The notes under the pieces were generated by a model that saw nothing but the letters and a program-made list of their open reading frames with translations, searched no databases and was not told where the DNA came from. From contig JBLNEW010000068.1 of assembly GCA_050263095.1 (NCBI GenBank), forward strand, positions 14,570-78,569: 64,000 bases of DNA, read 5' to 3'. Below are positions 41,054-49,645 of the stretch, piece by piece. The DNA comes from Deltaproteobacteria bacterium (GTDB taxonomy: Bacteria; Desulfobacterota; Deferrimicrobia; Deferrimicrobiales; Deferrimicrobiaceae). Made by a program: the position numbers and the translations under genes. Position 1 is the stretch's first letter. Each line of letters opens with the position of its first letter.

Positions 41054-41935
41054 TTAATTATCATACTGCAACTGTTTTCTGGCAAACGAAATAAAATTTT
41101 CCGCGGGGACTCTTTTGCCCGTCCACAGGAAGAAGCTCCTGGCCGCCTGGTGCGCCAGCATCCCGAGGCCGTCGACGGCCCTTATCCCCCTCTTTTTCAA
41201 CCGGCGGACGAGCAGGGTTCCTCCTTTCCGGTAAACTATATCGGCAAAACAGGAGGATTTCGTTATATCCGCAATGGGAAAATTTTTCCACTCCCCCGAC
41301 AGGCCAAGGGAGGTGCACTGCACTATCAGGTCGGTTCCGGGGAATTCCTTCTTCATTCCCGAGGGGTTAAGCTCTCCCGCCGAGATCTTCGCCCCTGGGA
41401 ACCGCGGGGAGAGAACGCGGGCGATTTCCTCTGCGCGCGACGGGTGGCGGTTCAGGATGGCCAGGCTGCGGGTGCCGTTGCGGCAAAGCTCATATGCGAT
41501 CCCCCTGGCAGAGCCTCCGGCCCCGAGGATAACGGCCCGCGGGAAGCTGCGCCCCCATCCCTCCCCATTCAGGGCGTTCAGGAAGCCCCGCCCGTCGGTG
41601 TTGTCGGCGACAAGCCGTCCGTCCCTGGCGACTATGACGTTCGCGGCGCCGCATGCCGAAACCGATTCCGACCTCTCGTCGGCCAGGGCCGCGGCCTCTT
41701 CCTTGAACGGGATCGTCACGTTCCCCCCGAGGAAGTTCCCCGAGCGGACCACCCGGAAAAAATCCGCAAGCGAACCGGGCTGAAGATCGACGCCGATATA
41801 TTTCACGGGAAGGCCCAGCCGGGCGATGACGCCGTTGTGCATCGCAGGACTTAGCGAATGCGACAGGGGGTGCCCGACGATGAACAGGAGTGAATCGAGG
41901 AAGCCCCGCCTTCCGTCTTTGCGCGGCCGGGTCAC
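41054..41935 (-). CDS. aroE: shikimate dehydrogenase
   Basis: I start at GTG compl. 41933-41935, forming a GTGA overlap with the HNH gene stop. IVGHPLSHSLSPAMHN substrate motif and GAGGSARGIAYEL Rossmann motif. The track ORF has about 97 extra N-terminal residues overlapping the HNH gene. Confidence 0.8.
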   Translation of the reverse strand: MTRPRKDGRRGFLDSLLFIVGHPLSHSLSPAMHNGVIARLGLPVKYIGVDLQPGSLADFFRVVRSGNFLGGNVTIPFKEEAAALADERSESVSACGAANVIVARDGRLVADNTDGRGFLNALNGEGWGRSFPRAVILGAGGSARGIAYELCRNGTRSLAILNRHPSRAEEIARVLSPRFPGAKISAGELNPSGMKKEFPGTDLIVQCTSLGLSGEWKNFPIADITKSSCFADIVYRKGGTLLVRRLKKRGIRAVDGLGMLAHQAARSFFLWTGKRVPAENFISFARKQLQYDN

Positions 41936-42528
41936 CTTTCGAGTTCTAGGTTCCAGTAAGTGAAGTCTACGACGTTCAGGAACGGCAGCCATTCCCTGTG
42001 GACCGGCGCCCTGAGGGAGAAGGCGTATTCGGGCGTCCACCTGGGGCGCGCCGGGCGAACGATCGTGCGCATCCCTACTTCCTCGGGCAGCATCCCGCCC
42101 TTGCGCTTGTTGCAGGGGAGGCAGCTGCAGACTATGTTCTCCCACGTGGCGTTCCCCCCCCGCGACCTGGGGATCACGTGGTCCAGGTTCAGATCGCTGC
42201 GGGGGTGGGTCTTCCCGCAGTACTGACACGTGTTCCGGTCCCTGACGAATATGTTGTGACGGCTGAAGCGCACCGTGCGCTTCGGGACCCTGTCGTAGGC
42301 GACGAGCACGACCACCCTCGGGATCCGGATCATTCTACCGACGAGCCCGACCGACTCGTCGCTTGTTCCGATGGACAGCTCGCTCCACGACTGGAAATCG
42401 AACATCTCGTAGCTTGAGTTGATGGCCCTGGCCAGGCCGGAGTACAGGAGGCAGAACGCGCGGCGCACATTCGTGACGTGCACGGGGAAAAACGCCCGGT
42501 TGAGGACAAGCACTCCGGAATTCAGCAT
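41932..42528 (-). CDS. HNH endonuclease family protein
   Basis: 198 aa. CQYCGK...DHVIPRSRGGNATWENIVCSCLPCNKRK is an HNH zinc-finger nuclease motif. Translationally coupled to aroE. Confidence 0.75.
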   Translation of the reverse strand: MLNSGVLVLNRAFFPVHVTNVRRAFCLLYSGLARAINSSYEMFDFQSWSELSIGTSDESVGLVGRMIRIPRVVVLVAYDRVPKRTVRFSRHNIFVRDRNTCQYCGKTHPRSDLNLDHVIPRSRGGNATWENIVCSCLPCNKRKGGMLPEEVGMRTIVRPARPRWTPEYAFSLRAPVHREWLPFLNVVDFTYWNLELER

Positions 42529-42589
42529 GTCTTTTTATACACTGACGGACGAGGCCCGTTCAACCCTGAACTTGCGCGCGTCGGGCGCC

Positions 42590-44005
42590 TCATCGAAGCT
42601 CCCCCGCCGCTGCGGCCAGCAGCGCTGCGGCCAGCTCCTGAAGCTCGCCGTCGCGTACGGTCCGCAAGTCGAGCAGAACCCTGCCCTTGCCGATCCTGGC
42701 CACGACGGGCGGGTTCCCCTGCCGCAGCCTGCCCTCGAGCTCCTCTGCCCGCACGCCGGGATGCGATACGGCGACGCAGTGCGTGGGGATCAGGACTTCG
42801 GGCATCGCCCCCCCGCCGGGGGAAGAATGCGCCCGTTCGATCGTCAGCTCGAGCCCCCCCCCGCCTCCCGTCCGGATCCGACGCACCAGCCTGCGCGCCC
42901 TTGCGCGGACGGCGGATTCCCCCTCCGTGATCATGGCCAGCACGGGGACGCGCGCAAGCGCCCTGCGTTCGTCGGCGTACAGGCAGAGCGTTGCCTCCAA
43001 TGCCGCAAGGCACAGCTTGTCGACCCGCAGGGCCCGCGAGAGCGGGTGTTTTTTCAGCGGATCGACGATGGCGCTTCTCCCCGCTATGATCCCGGCCTGC
43101 GGACCTCCGAGCAGCTTGTCTCCGCTTACGGTCACGACTCCCGGCCCCTGCGCCAGGGCCTGGCGGACCGTCGGCGTCCCCGGGATTCCCGCCGCGGAAA
43201 AATCGAACAGGGCCCCCGAGCCCAGGTCCTCCATTACGGGGATCCCCAGCCGCCCCCCCAGCTCGGACAGTGCCGCCGCCGAAACCTCCTCGGTGAAGCC
43301 GGATATGCTGAAGTTGGAGCGGTGGACTTTGAGGAGAAGCGCCGTCCGCGCGGTGACCGCATTTTCATAGTCCGCCAGCCTCGTGCGATTCGTCGTCCCT
43401 ACCTCGACGAGGGTCGCTCCGCTTTCGGACATGATGTCGGGGATGCGGAACGAGCCCCCGATCTCCACCAGCTCCCCGCGGCTGACGAGGACTTCGCGCC
43501 CCCTCGCCATTCCCGCCAGGCACAGGAGCACCGCAGCGGCATTGTTGTTGACCACATGCGCCGCCTCCGCGCCCGTCAGCCCGGCGATCCGGCTCTCGAC
43601 GTGGACCAGGCGGGATGAGCGGCCCCCCGTCGCAAGGTCTAGCTCGAGGTTGGAATAGCCGCGCGCAGCCTCGGAGGCCGCGCGTATGCCCTCTTCGGGC
43701 AGGGGCGCCCGGCCCAGGTTGGTGTGTATGACGACGCCGGTGGCATTGATTACCCTTCGAAGCGACGGCGACTCCCCTGCGGCTATCTCGGGGGGGAGCC
43801 GGGAAAGCAGGAGGGCGGTCCATTCGTCGCGGCCTCGTAACGGGGACGCGGCGAGCGATGCCTCGCCGCGCAGGACCGAGAGCGTCCTGCGGATGGCGTC
43901 CACTACGACCGCGCGCGGGATGCGGGCGAGCAGCCGGCGGATTTCCCTTGATTCAAGCAGGGAGGCGACGGAAGGGATGTTGCGCAGCCGGTCCTGATCG
44001 GGCAT
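42590..44005 (-). CDS. selA: L-seryl-tRNA(Sec) selenium transferase (selenocysteine synthase)
   Basis: 471 aa. SelA N-terminal domain plus PLP fold (VINATGVVIHTNLGRAPL; Lys in SGDKLLGGPQAG). Confidence 0.85.
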   Translation of the reverse strand: MPDQDRLRNIPSVASLLESREIRRLLARIPRAVVVDAIRRTLSVLRGEASLAASPLRGRDEWTALLLSRLPPEIAAGESPSLRRVINATGVVIHTNLGRAPLPEEGIRAASEAARGYSNLELDLATGGRSSRLVHVESRIAGLTGAEAAHVVNNNAAAVLLCLAGMARGREVLVSRGELVEIGGSFRIPDIMSESGATLVEVGTTNRTRLADYENAVTARTALLLKVHRSNFSISGFTEEVSAAALSELGGRLGIPVMEDLGSGALFDFSAAGIPGTPTVRQALAQGPGVVTVSGDKLLGGPQAGIIAGRSAIVDPLKKHPLSRALRVDKLCLAALEATLCLYADERRALARVPVLAMITEGESAVRARARRLVRRIRTGGGGGLELTIERAHSSPGGGAMPEVLIPTHCVAVSHPGVRAEELEGRLRQGNPPVVARIGKGRVLLDLRTVRDGELQELAAALLAAAAGELR

Positions 44006-44029
44006 CTGGGTGCCTTCAGCCGCCCCGGA

Positions 44030-44713
44030 TCACCCCTTCGCCAGTTCCCGGAGAAGGACTTTCTTCCCGTATTGGGCGTTCTTGATGACGAGGGACTCCG
44101 CCAGGTCGGAATTCCGCTTCCGGAACGCGTCGATGATCTCCCTGTGCTGGCGGATGGAGCCTTCTATCTTGCCGCGCATCGCGAGAATGAGCCGGAAGCG
44201 CTGGAACTGCATCACCATGTTCTGGACGATCCCGTGGAGCTTCTCGTTGCCGCACGCCTTGAGGAAGACGTCGTGGAACTCATTGTGAAGAAGGAGCACC
44301 TTGCGCAGGTCCTTCTTGACGGAGGCGGTCTCCATCTGGCGGTTCACGGTCTCCATCTTGACCAGCTCCTTCTCCGTCAGCACCTTGGTGGCGCACCTCG
44401 CCGCGTATCCCTCGAGCACCATCTTGAGATCGTAAAAGTCCGAGATGTCCTTGGCGGAAAGCGAGGCTACGATGGCCCCCTTCCGCGGGATGACGGTGAT
44501 GAACCCTTCCGACTCCAGCTGGCGGAACGCCTCGCGGATCGGCGTCCTGCTGATGCCGAAGCGGTCGGCCAGCTCGGGCTCGGCCACCCGGGCGCCCGCC
44601 GGTATCTGCCCGTTCACGATGGCGTTTCGGACCGTTTCCACGATCTTTTCACGCAGGGTCATGTGATTGTCTATCTGGATCTTCAGTTTCTGCAGCAAAC
44701 GGATCCCCCCCAT
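44030..44713 (-). CDS. GntR family transcriptional regulator (FadR/FCD subfamily)
   Basis: 227 aa. N-terminal winged HTH (RVAEPELADRFGISRTPIREAFRQLESEG) plus FCD domain. Divergent from the isomerase gene across an AT-richer spacer. Confidence 0.85.
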   Translation of the reverse strand: MGGIRLLQKLKIQIDNHMTLREKIVETVRNAIVNGQIPAGARVAEPELADRFGISRTPIREAFRQLESEGFITVIPRKGAIVASLSAKDISDFYDLKMVLEGYAARCATKVLTEKELVKMETVNRQMETASVKKDLRKVLLLHNEFHDVFLKACGNEKLHGIVQNMVMQFQRFRLILAMRGKIEGSIRQHREIIDAFRKRNSDLAESLVIKNAQYGKKVLLRELAKG

Positions 44714-44820
44714 TTTATGGATTGCCGGATAATGTATGCAGTATACACCCGTATGTCAAGGTTTTTTCGGCGGCCGGCCCTTGCTCCGCCGTGCGCGATG
44801 GGGTATCGTTTCGCGAGGCC

Positions 44821-45612
44821 ATGGACTGGACTATCCACACGACTGTCCCTTTTCCGATGCTGGAGCTCCCGGAGACCGCCCGCCTCCTGTCCGAAAACGG
44901 CGTAGGGCCCGAGATATATCTTTCCGCAGGGACGCTCGACTCGATGAAGCCGGGAAGGGCGGAGGCCGCGGCGGAATCGCTGCGTTCGGTCGGGGTCGGA
45001 ACCGCCACCTTCCACGCCCCTTTCGAGGACCTCTGGCCCGGCGCCCGTGACGAGGAGGCGCGCCTCCTCGCCTTGCGCCGGCTGCGCCAGGCGATCGCCC
45101 TGGTCCCCGTATTCCGCCCGCGGGGGATCGTGGTCCACGGGGGGTATTACGGATGGATTTTCGACTTCGACTCCTCCAAGTGGCTCGAGCCCGCCAGACG
45201 GACCTTCGGGGAAGCGATGGAAACCGCCGAGAAGCATGGCGTAGACCTGTTCCTGGAAAACGTATTCGACGAGTCGCCGGAGCACCTGCTGCGCCTGAAG
45301 GAGGCGGTCGGATCGAACCGGCTGGGATTCTGCTGCGACGCGGGGCACGCTACCCTCTTTTCCGCCGTTCCGGTCCACAAGTGGGTGGAGGCGTTCGGGA
45401 AGGACCTGCGGGAGATGCACATCCACGACAACATGGGACTGCGGGACGACCACCTTCCCGTGGGTGAGGGGACGATCAATTTCCGGGGGGTCCTTCATGC
45501 CGCGCTTGACGCGGGGGCCGCTCCCATACTGACCCTGGAACCGCACCGCAGGGAGCATTTCCACCGGGGGCTGTCCGCGCTGCGGGCGCTCCTCATGGAC
45601 ATCCGCCGATAA
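44821..45612 (+). CDS. sugar phosphate isomerase/epimerase (xylose-isomerase-like TIM barrel)
   Basis: I start at ATG 44821 (MDWTIHTT...). AP-endonuclease-2/TIM-barrel signatures (HAPFEDL, GIVVHGG, FLENVFDE, HIHDN). Track TTG 44722 is the alternative. Confidence 0.7.
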   Translation: MDWTIHTTVPFPMLELPETARLLSENGVGPEIYLSAGTLDSMKPGRAEAAAESLRSVGVGTATFHAPFEDLWPGARDEEARLLALRRLRQAIALVPVFRPRGIVVHGGYYGWIFDFDSSKWLEPARRTFGEAMETAEKHGVDLFLENVFDESPEHLLRLKEAVGSNRLGFCCDAGHATLFSAVPVHKWVEAFGKDLREMHIHDNMGLRDDHLPVGEGTINFRGVLHAALDAGAAPILTLEPHRREHFHRGLSALRALLMDIRR

Positions 45613-45629
45613 GTCGGCCGGCGCAGCGC

Positions 45630-46925
45630 TTAGCGCAGGTCCTGCAGGGTCCGGTCGAGGAACGCGACCGCGTCCTCGCGTATATACCGCTCTCCAAGCG
45701 CCGTGAAAACCGGGGCTTCCCTGCGATCGCCGGAGAGTTCCCCGCGCAGCGACCGGAAAAACATACGCCCGACTATCGGGTCGTAATGCCGCCGCAGGCA
45801 TGACTTGATCTCCCCGAGCGCCGCGACCAGGGGAAGGCTGTCCCGGTAGGGGCGGTCGGACACCATGGCGTCGAACGCGTCGGCAAGGGCTATGATTCGC
45901 GCGCCCATGGAAATCTGGCGGTCCCGCTTTCCGTGCGGATATCCCGTGCCGTCCAGCCATTCGTGGTGATCCCTGGCCAGCTGCGCGACGTTCGGATATG
46001 GAAACTTTATCTCGGAGAGAATCTCGAAGCTTGTCTGCGGGTGCCTCTGTATCTCCCTGATCTCCCCCGCCGTCAAGGGGGACGGTTTCGTAAGGATGGA
46101 TCTGGCCGTCCCTATCTTCCCGACATCGTGAAGGATCGACGCGATGTGGATCGCCTCCACTTCCTTCTCGGGAAGATCCAGCCCCTTCGCGATCGAAACC
46201 GATATCCTCGCCACCCGCTCGGAATGCCCCCGCGTGTAGGGATCCTTGGCCTCGATGGCCGTCGCTAGCGCCCGGATGGTGTCGAGATAGATCTCCTGCA
46301 TCCCGGTTATGAGCCGCTCGTTTTCCTGGACCTGGAACCGAAGGACCTCGTTCAGGCGGAATATGTCGGACATCACGCGATGATTGGATATGTGAGCGGA
46401 CAGGAATGACGTCATGACTCCCAGGGTCTCCCTCTCCCCCAAGGTCAGGGGCTCCCCCGTGATCGTGGGGCCGAGGGCCAGAAGACCCAGCGGGCCGTTG
46501 CGGGTCCCGAGCGGGCACAGCACGTCCACGGAAAAGGCGGGCACCGCGTGCTCCATCCCCTCGGCGGCCTTCCTGATCGCGCCGGGGACCTCCCGCCGCC
46601 CCATCAACAACGGCCGCCCCGAACGACGGAGCGCGGCCGCCAGCTCCTTCGTCGCTTCGATCGGAGGCATTCCGGGCGGAAGGCCGCGGGAAACGCGCAC
46701 CCTGAATTCTCCGTCCTCCCGAAGCAGCAGCGCCCCCTTTACGATCGAGCAGGATCCCAGGATCACCATCAGCGACAGGTGCAGCGATTCGTCGAAATCG
46801 CGGGCCCGCGCGAGACACAGCGTGAAATCCCGGAGCGCCTTCAGCTTGAACGCCTCCCGCCTTCCCGCGGGAATCCGTTCCCCGCTTGCACGGGCGGACT
46901 CAGGACGACTGCGCGAAATAACCAA
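45630..46925 (-). CDS. GAF domain + HD-GYP domain protein (putative c-di-GMP phosphodiesterase)
   Basis: 431 aa. C-terminal HD-GYP signature (HDVGKIG ... HHEWLDGTGYPHG ... DAFDAMVSDRPYR). N-terminal GAF-like domain. Confidence 0.8.
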   Translation of the reverse strand: MVISRSRPESARASGERIPAGRREAFKLKALRDFTLCLARARDFDESLHLSLMVILGSCSIVKGALLLREDGEFRVRVSRGLPPGMPPIEATKELAAALRRSGRPLLMGRREVPGAIRKAAEGMEHAVPAFSVDVLCPLGTRNGPLGLLALGPTITGEPLTLGERETLGVMTSFLSAHISNHRVMSDIFRLNEVLRFQVQENERLITGMQEIYLDTIRALATAIEAKDPYTRGHSERVARISVSIAKGLDLPEKEVEAIHIASILHDVGKIGTARSILTKPSPLTAGEIREIQRHPQTSFEILSEIKFPYPNVAQLARDHHEWLDGTGYPHGKRDRQISMGARIIALADAFDAMVSDRPYRDSLPLVAALGEIKSCLRRHYDPIVGRMFFRSLRGELSGDRREAPVFTALGERYIREDAVAFLDRTLQDLR

Positions 46926-47253
46926 GGGCTTCCTCCTCGAGATCGAACGACTGGACGTAACGGGCGACTCCCGTCATCTGGAACAGCTCGCGGTTGATAC
47001 GGCTCAAGGAGCAGAACGCGAGCATCCCGCTGCGCTCCATGATCTTTTCGACGATGTCGATGATTATCGAAATCCCTATGCTGTTGATCAGGCGCGTCCC
47101 CTCGAAATTGAGCAACACCTTCCTGCGGCCCGCGTCAAGGGCTTCCTGCACGACCCGCTCCACCTCCTCGCCCATGAGGCTGTTGAGGTATCCGTCGATG
47201 TACACCACCAGGACGTCGTTCGCCTGGCGCGTCCGAACCGTCAGGTAACTCAC
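46900..47253 (-). CDS. STAS-domain anti-sigma-factor antagonist (SpoIIAA/RsbV-like)
   Basis: 117 aa. STAS fold with a conserved phosphorylatable Ser region (LINSIGISIIID). Confidence 0.8.
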   Translation of the reverse strand: MSYLTVRTRQANDVLVVYIDGYLNSLMGEEVERVVQEALDAGRRKVLLNFEGTRLINSIGISIIIDIVEKIMERSGMLAFCSLSRINRELFQMTGVARYVQSFDLEEEALGYFAQSS

Positions 47254-47260
47254 TTTGGCA

Positions 47261-49555
47261 TCACCCGGGACCCTGGGATCCCTCCCCTTCCTTTCCGGAT
47301 TCGCGGCCGAGGTATTTGACCATCCGCACTACGGTTCCACGGTCGCCCGTCGCTATGTCCACTTCGTCCACGAGCTCGCGTATAAGCTTGAGCCCCCAAC
47401 CCCGGTTGCGCTTCGACTCCCCCCCCGCTCTCCCGCCGCGGAAGCCCTTTCCTTCGTCCTGGACGAAAAGCTCGATCTTCTCCGGGGACAGGACGTACCG
47501 GAGCCTTACCTTGCCCGACTCCGCCCCGCTGTGCTCGAAGGCGTTGATGCACGCCTCTATGAGCGCCATCTTGAGCCGGTCGACCGTGTCCTTGTCCAGC
47601 GAGGCGTAGGCCGCCACCTCCTCCGCGACGCGTGCCGCGACGACCTCCGTGTCCGCCTTCATCGGGAGCACCAGCTCGAACTCCAGCGGTTCCGCCCCTT
47701 GCGGGGATTCGGAGCCCTTGCGCTCTTCCGGCGCCGTCTCGAGCTCTTCCATGCCGAACAGGTTCAGGAACAGGCGCATCTGTGAACGGTGCGTCAGAAG
47801 GATGTCGTGCTGGGCCGCTCTTTCCATGGCGGCCGCGTCCGCCGTCCCTTCGAACAGGATCCACTTCCGCAGCTGGCCGTGAGAAAGTCCCTTCTCGAGG
47901 CTCAAGATCCTGCACCGGTTCTCGAAGTGCTCCACCGCGTTGGCGGTCAGCGACTTCTCCGTCATCACGTCCACCGCCCAGATAACCAGGTTCTCCTCGG
48001 AAAACTCGGCTTCCAGGAATCCGTAGGCCACCAGGTCGAAATCGAACCGCGGACCGCCGCGCCTGGTCCGGTATCCCGTGGACACGGAGCTGATCTTCGG
48101 CAGCCGCATCTTCTGCGGATCCTTCTCCAGCCCGATCACGACCTCCAGAAGCCCCTTCCCGCCGAACTTCTCCCGGAAACCGTCGAATCGGAACAGCAGC
48201 AAGGGCACGTCGCGGCAGTCCCACCTCCGCATAAGCTCCTTCGTCACGGAGATCCACTTCTCCCGGCTGCCCTCCATCTGCCCCGCGAAGGAGTGCGAAA
48301 GCTTCCCCTGCACCAGCGACGCAGCCACCTGGGAGCCGCTCTTCCCCAGAACGCCCCGCTCGAAAGCCCAGAAAAGGAAATCGGCCAGCACCGGATCCCC
48401 GACGAACCGCAGCTGCTCGAAGTCGGACTTCAGCAGGCCCTTGAACTCAAGGGCCGACAGGATCTCCCCTCCGTCCTCCGCGGATGTCCCGAGGAGCGAC
48501 AGCGCCCCTTCGAACGTGTCCAGCGGGAACTGGTCGCACACGACGCGCTTCAGGAACTTGATCGCGCGGGCGCGCGCCATCCTGTCGGGGAACGCGCTCT
48601 CGAAGAATTCCCGCCAGTAACGGTTTAGCTGCCCCTCGGTTATCGAAAGTGCGAACAGGTTCTCGAACCCGATCTCGTCCTCCACCTGCACGCTGCGAAA
48701 GGAAACCTCCTCGGCGAACATCCGCTGGTAGATCGGTATGTGGCCGAGCCTCGCGGCCGCGCGCGCCTGTATGTGGACGGGCATCCGTATGTTCCTGCGC
48801 GCGAAAAGGGAGGACCACATCCTCTCGGAGGCCGCGGGCGAGATCCCGCCCACTTCCATCAGCTGGAACGAACCGAACAATCCTTCCCGCTTCAGGGAAG
48901 ATGTCACGTGCCCCGGGGAGGAACCCGATATCACCATCGGGAAATGCCCGGACTTTATATACGGGCGCAGGATCGAAAGTATGGCGCCGTCGGGAATGCT
49001 CTGGAGTTTGCATGTATACTGGAAGTCGTCGAAGAGGAAAACGGGATAGAATACCTCCCCCCCCCACACGAACGGGAAGGAAAATGCGTTCACCAGCGCC
49101 GAGAGTCCGTCGCCGCGCTCCGTGAAACGCCGGTGGGCGACGATGAATTCGCGATAGTCGACGAGTCCGTAGGTTCCGAGCCGGTCGCACAACGCGTCAG
49201 TGTCGAACGCCGCAGGCGGCGAGTCCCCGAGGAAGACCAGAAGCTGCCAAAGGTATTCCTGCAGGAAATGCTGCGAGAGGGCCAGCGGATGGGAAAGGAT
49301 CTTGCTGAACGAGAAGTAGAACGGAAAGGGGCGCGGCGGGGCCGCGCCTTCGGAGAGGGTCTGCAGATCGTATTTCAGCTTGAGGAGAATGGAGGTCTTT
49401 CCGACGTTGGGCGGCCCGTATATCATCACCGAGGCGCCGATGCCGGACTTCCCCTCGAGGCACACGCGCGTCAGTGCCGCCAGCTCCTCCTCGCGGCCGA
49501 AGAATTCCTCCGCCCGGAACGAGAACCCTGCGCCCTGGTTCCAGATCAGACGCAA
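47261..49555 (-). CDS. multidomain protein: N-terminal P-loop ATPase (AAA/ORC-like) + long middle region + C-terminal RsbW/SpoIIAB-type GHKL serine kinase domain
   Basis: 764 aa. Walker A GPPNVGKTS, Walker B VFLFDD. C-terminal about 130 aa (LIEACINAFEHSG...GWGLKLIRELVDEVDI) matches anti-sigma regulatory-factor kinases. Directly upstream of the STAS gene. Confidence 0.65.
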   Translation of the reverse strand: MRLIWNQGAGFSFRAEEFFGREEELAALTRVCLEGKSGIGASVMIYGPPNVGKTSILLKLKYDLQTLSEGAAPPRPFPFYFSFSKILSHPLALSQHFLQEYLWQLLVFLGDSPPAAFDTDALCDRLGTYGLVDYREFIVAHRRFTERGDGLSALVNAFSFPFVWGGEVFYPVFLFDDFQYTCKLQSIPDGAILSILRPYIKSGHFPMVISGSSPGHVTSSLKREGLFGSFQLMEVGGISPAASERMWSSLFARRNIRMPVHIQARAAARLGHIPIYQRMFAEEVSFRSVQVEDEIGFENLFALSITEGQLNRYWREFFESAFPDRMARARAIKFLKRVVCDQFPLDTFEGALSLLGTSAEDGGEILSALEFKGLLKSDFEQLRFVGDPVLADFLFWAFERGVLGKSGSQVAASLVQGKLSHSFAGQMEGSREKWISVTKELMRRWDCRDVPLLLFRFDGFREKFGGKGLLEVVIGLEKDPQKMRLPKISSVSTGYRTRRGGPRFDFDLVAYGFLEAEFSEENLVIWAVDVMTEKSLTANAVEHFENRCRILSLEKGLSHGQLRKWILFEGTADAAAMERAAQHDILLTHRSQMRLFLNLFGMEELETAPEERKGSESPQGAEPLEFELVLPMKADTEVVAARVAEEVAAYASLDKDTVDRLKMALIEACINAFEHSGAESGKVRLRYVLSPEKIELFVQDEGKGFRGGRAGGESKRNRGWGLKLIRELVDEVDIATGDRGTVVRMVKYLGRESGKEGEGSQGPG

Positions 49556-49645
49556 TGCGTTGCGGCTCCAGTCGCGCTCATTATCCCGTTAATTTAACTT
49601 GAAACCATTGATTTTTCAAAAATTAATTGGGAATGTAGAAAAATC
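49556..49645. promoter_or_regulatory. AT-rich divergent intergenic region (probable promoters for the ATPase-kinase operon and the radical SAM gene)
   Basis: ttaatttaacttgaaaccattgatttttcaaaaattaattgggaatgtagaaaaatc: about 90 nt AT-rich between divergent genes. Confidence 0.3.
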
